Positions 63,300-64,000 of a stretch of 64,000 bases of DNA are shown here, piece after piece. Where the stretch lies: positions 144,462,001 through 144,526,000 of the forward strand of contig NC_058368.1 in assembly GCF_018350175.1 (NCBI RefSeq). The letters are read 5' to 3'. The notes beneath the pieces were generated by a model. It was not told where the DNA came from. It made no database searches and saw only the letters and a program-made list of their open reading frames with translations. Each line of letters begins with the position of its first letter. Position 1 is the stretch's first letter. This stretch comes from Felis catus (lineage: Eukaryota). The translations under genes and the position numbers were made by a program.

Positions 63300-63630
63300 C
63301 AAGGCAAATTTCTGCCTTGAGCCTCTTCCCTCTGATTCCCTTGCTCCATCCGTTATTCCCTTTCTTATACATTCCATCTGGCTTTTTTCCTGTATTCTTA
63401 GATTCTCTTTGAATCTCTCCCACCTTGAAACAAGAAATTAAAATCCCTCCCTTGGCCCCGCATCCTCCTCCAGCTGCCGTCTCTTGCTGCATAGACAGGC
63501 TTCCTGAAGAAATACTTGGGTTGTTCTCTTTCCTCACGCAGCTCCTGCTCCTTTTCCAGCCCTTTGTGATGGGTTTCTGTCCCCACCACACAGAAACTGT
63601 TGTTACCTGAGTCGACAGCGTCTTTCCAAA
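63300..63630 (+). mobile_element. L2 internal fragment
   Basis: ccctcccttggcccc...cctccagct...tttctgtccccaccacacagaaactg resembles recalled L2. Confidence 0.6.
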
Positions 63631-63713
63631 GCTTTTCTTTCCTTATATAACTTCAACTTTCCAGTAATATTTATTTTTTAATTACACAAACAGTACATAA
63701 ATGCAACCTCTCT

Positions 63714-63816
63714 AAAAAAAAAAAAAGAAAGAAGGAAAGGAAAGGAAAGGAAAGCAAGAAAGAAAGCAAGAAAGCAAGCAAGCAAGCAAGCAAGCAAGAA
63801 AGAAAGAAAGAAAAAG
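63714..63816. repeat. A-run/(GAAAG)n/(GCAA)n/(GAAA)n compound repeat within an old L1M
   Basis: Seen directly. Confidence 0.92.
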
Positions 63817-64000
63817 AATGCAAACAATGAAAAGTAGAGAGAGTAAAAAGTTATTCCATTCATATGCTCCTCCTTCCCCTCCCCACATTCCCCAAGCTCA
63901 CTTATTCCTCAAAGGTATTTACTGGTAACAGTCTCCTGCTTAGTGTTTTCATACATTTGCATATCTGTTAGATAAATAGATAAGATAGGTAATATTACAT

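Larger units (their letters stand above)
57577..64000 (+). other. RASGRF2: RASGRF2 downstream intron (probably intron 2, partial)
   Basis: Begins at gt donor; the next expected peptide (YADILIERE...) is not seen in the window. Confidence 0.8.

Overview
Felid (cat-like) genomic DNA, judged from abundant Can-SINE/SINEC_Fc-type elements and carnivore L1s. The window lies inside RASGRF2 (+ strand). The only supportable coding sequence is one 107-bp exon at 57470-57576 ([35 protein letters not shown]+S, N-terminal PH domain, matching recalled exon 2). The rest is intronic: about 28 Can-SINEs (about 20 antisense, 8 sense), carnivore L1 3' fragments (all antisense to the gene), older L1M/L2/L3/MIR, ERVL-type LTRs with a decayed pol remnant, hAT DNA transposons and microsatellites. 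The six-frame ORFs are repeat-derived or chance. I found no support for a new multi-gene system. The most unusual signals are retrotransposition footprints: a 936-bp non-L1 insert with poly-A and target-site duplication (TSD) inside an L1, a tiny twin-priming inversion, 29-67 bp L1 tip insertions, tandem L1 3' ends and an inverted segment in an MLT1 LTR. There are also candidate CTCF and enhancer motifs. Repeat family names come from recalled consensus sequences, not a search, and most repeat boundaries are approximate.
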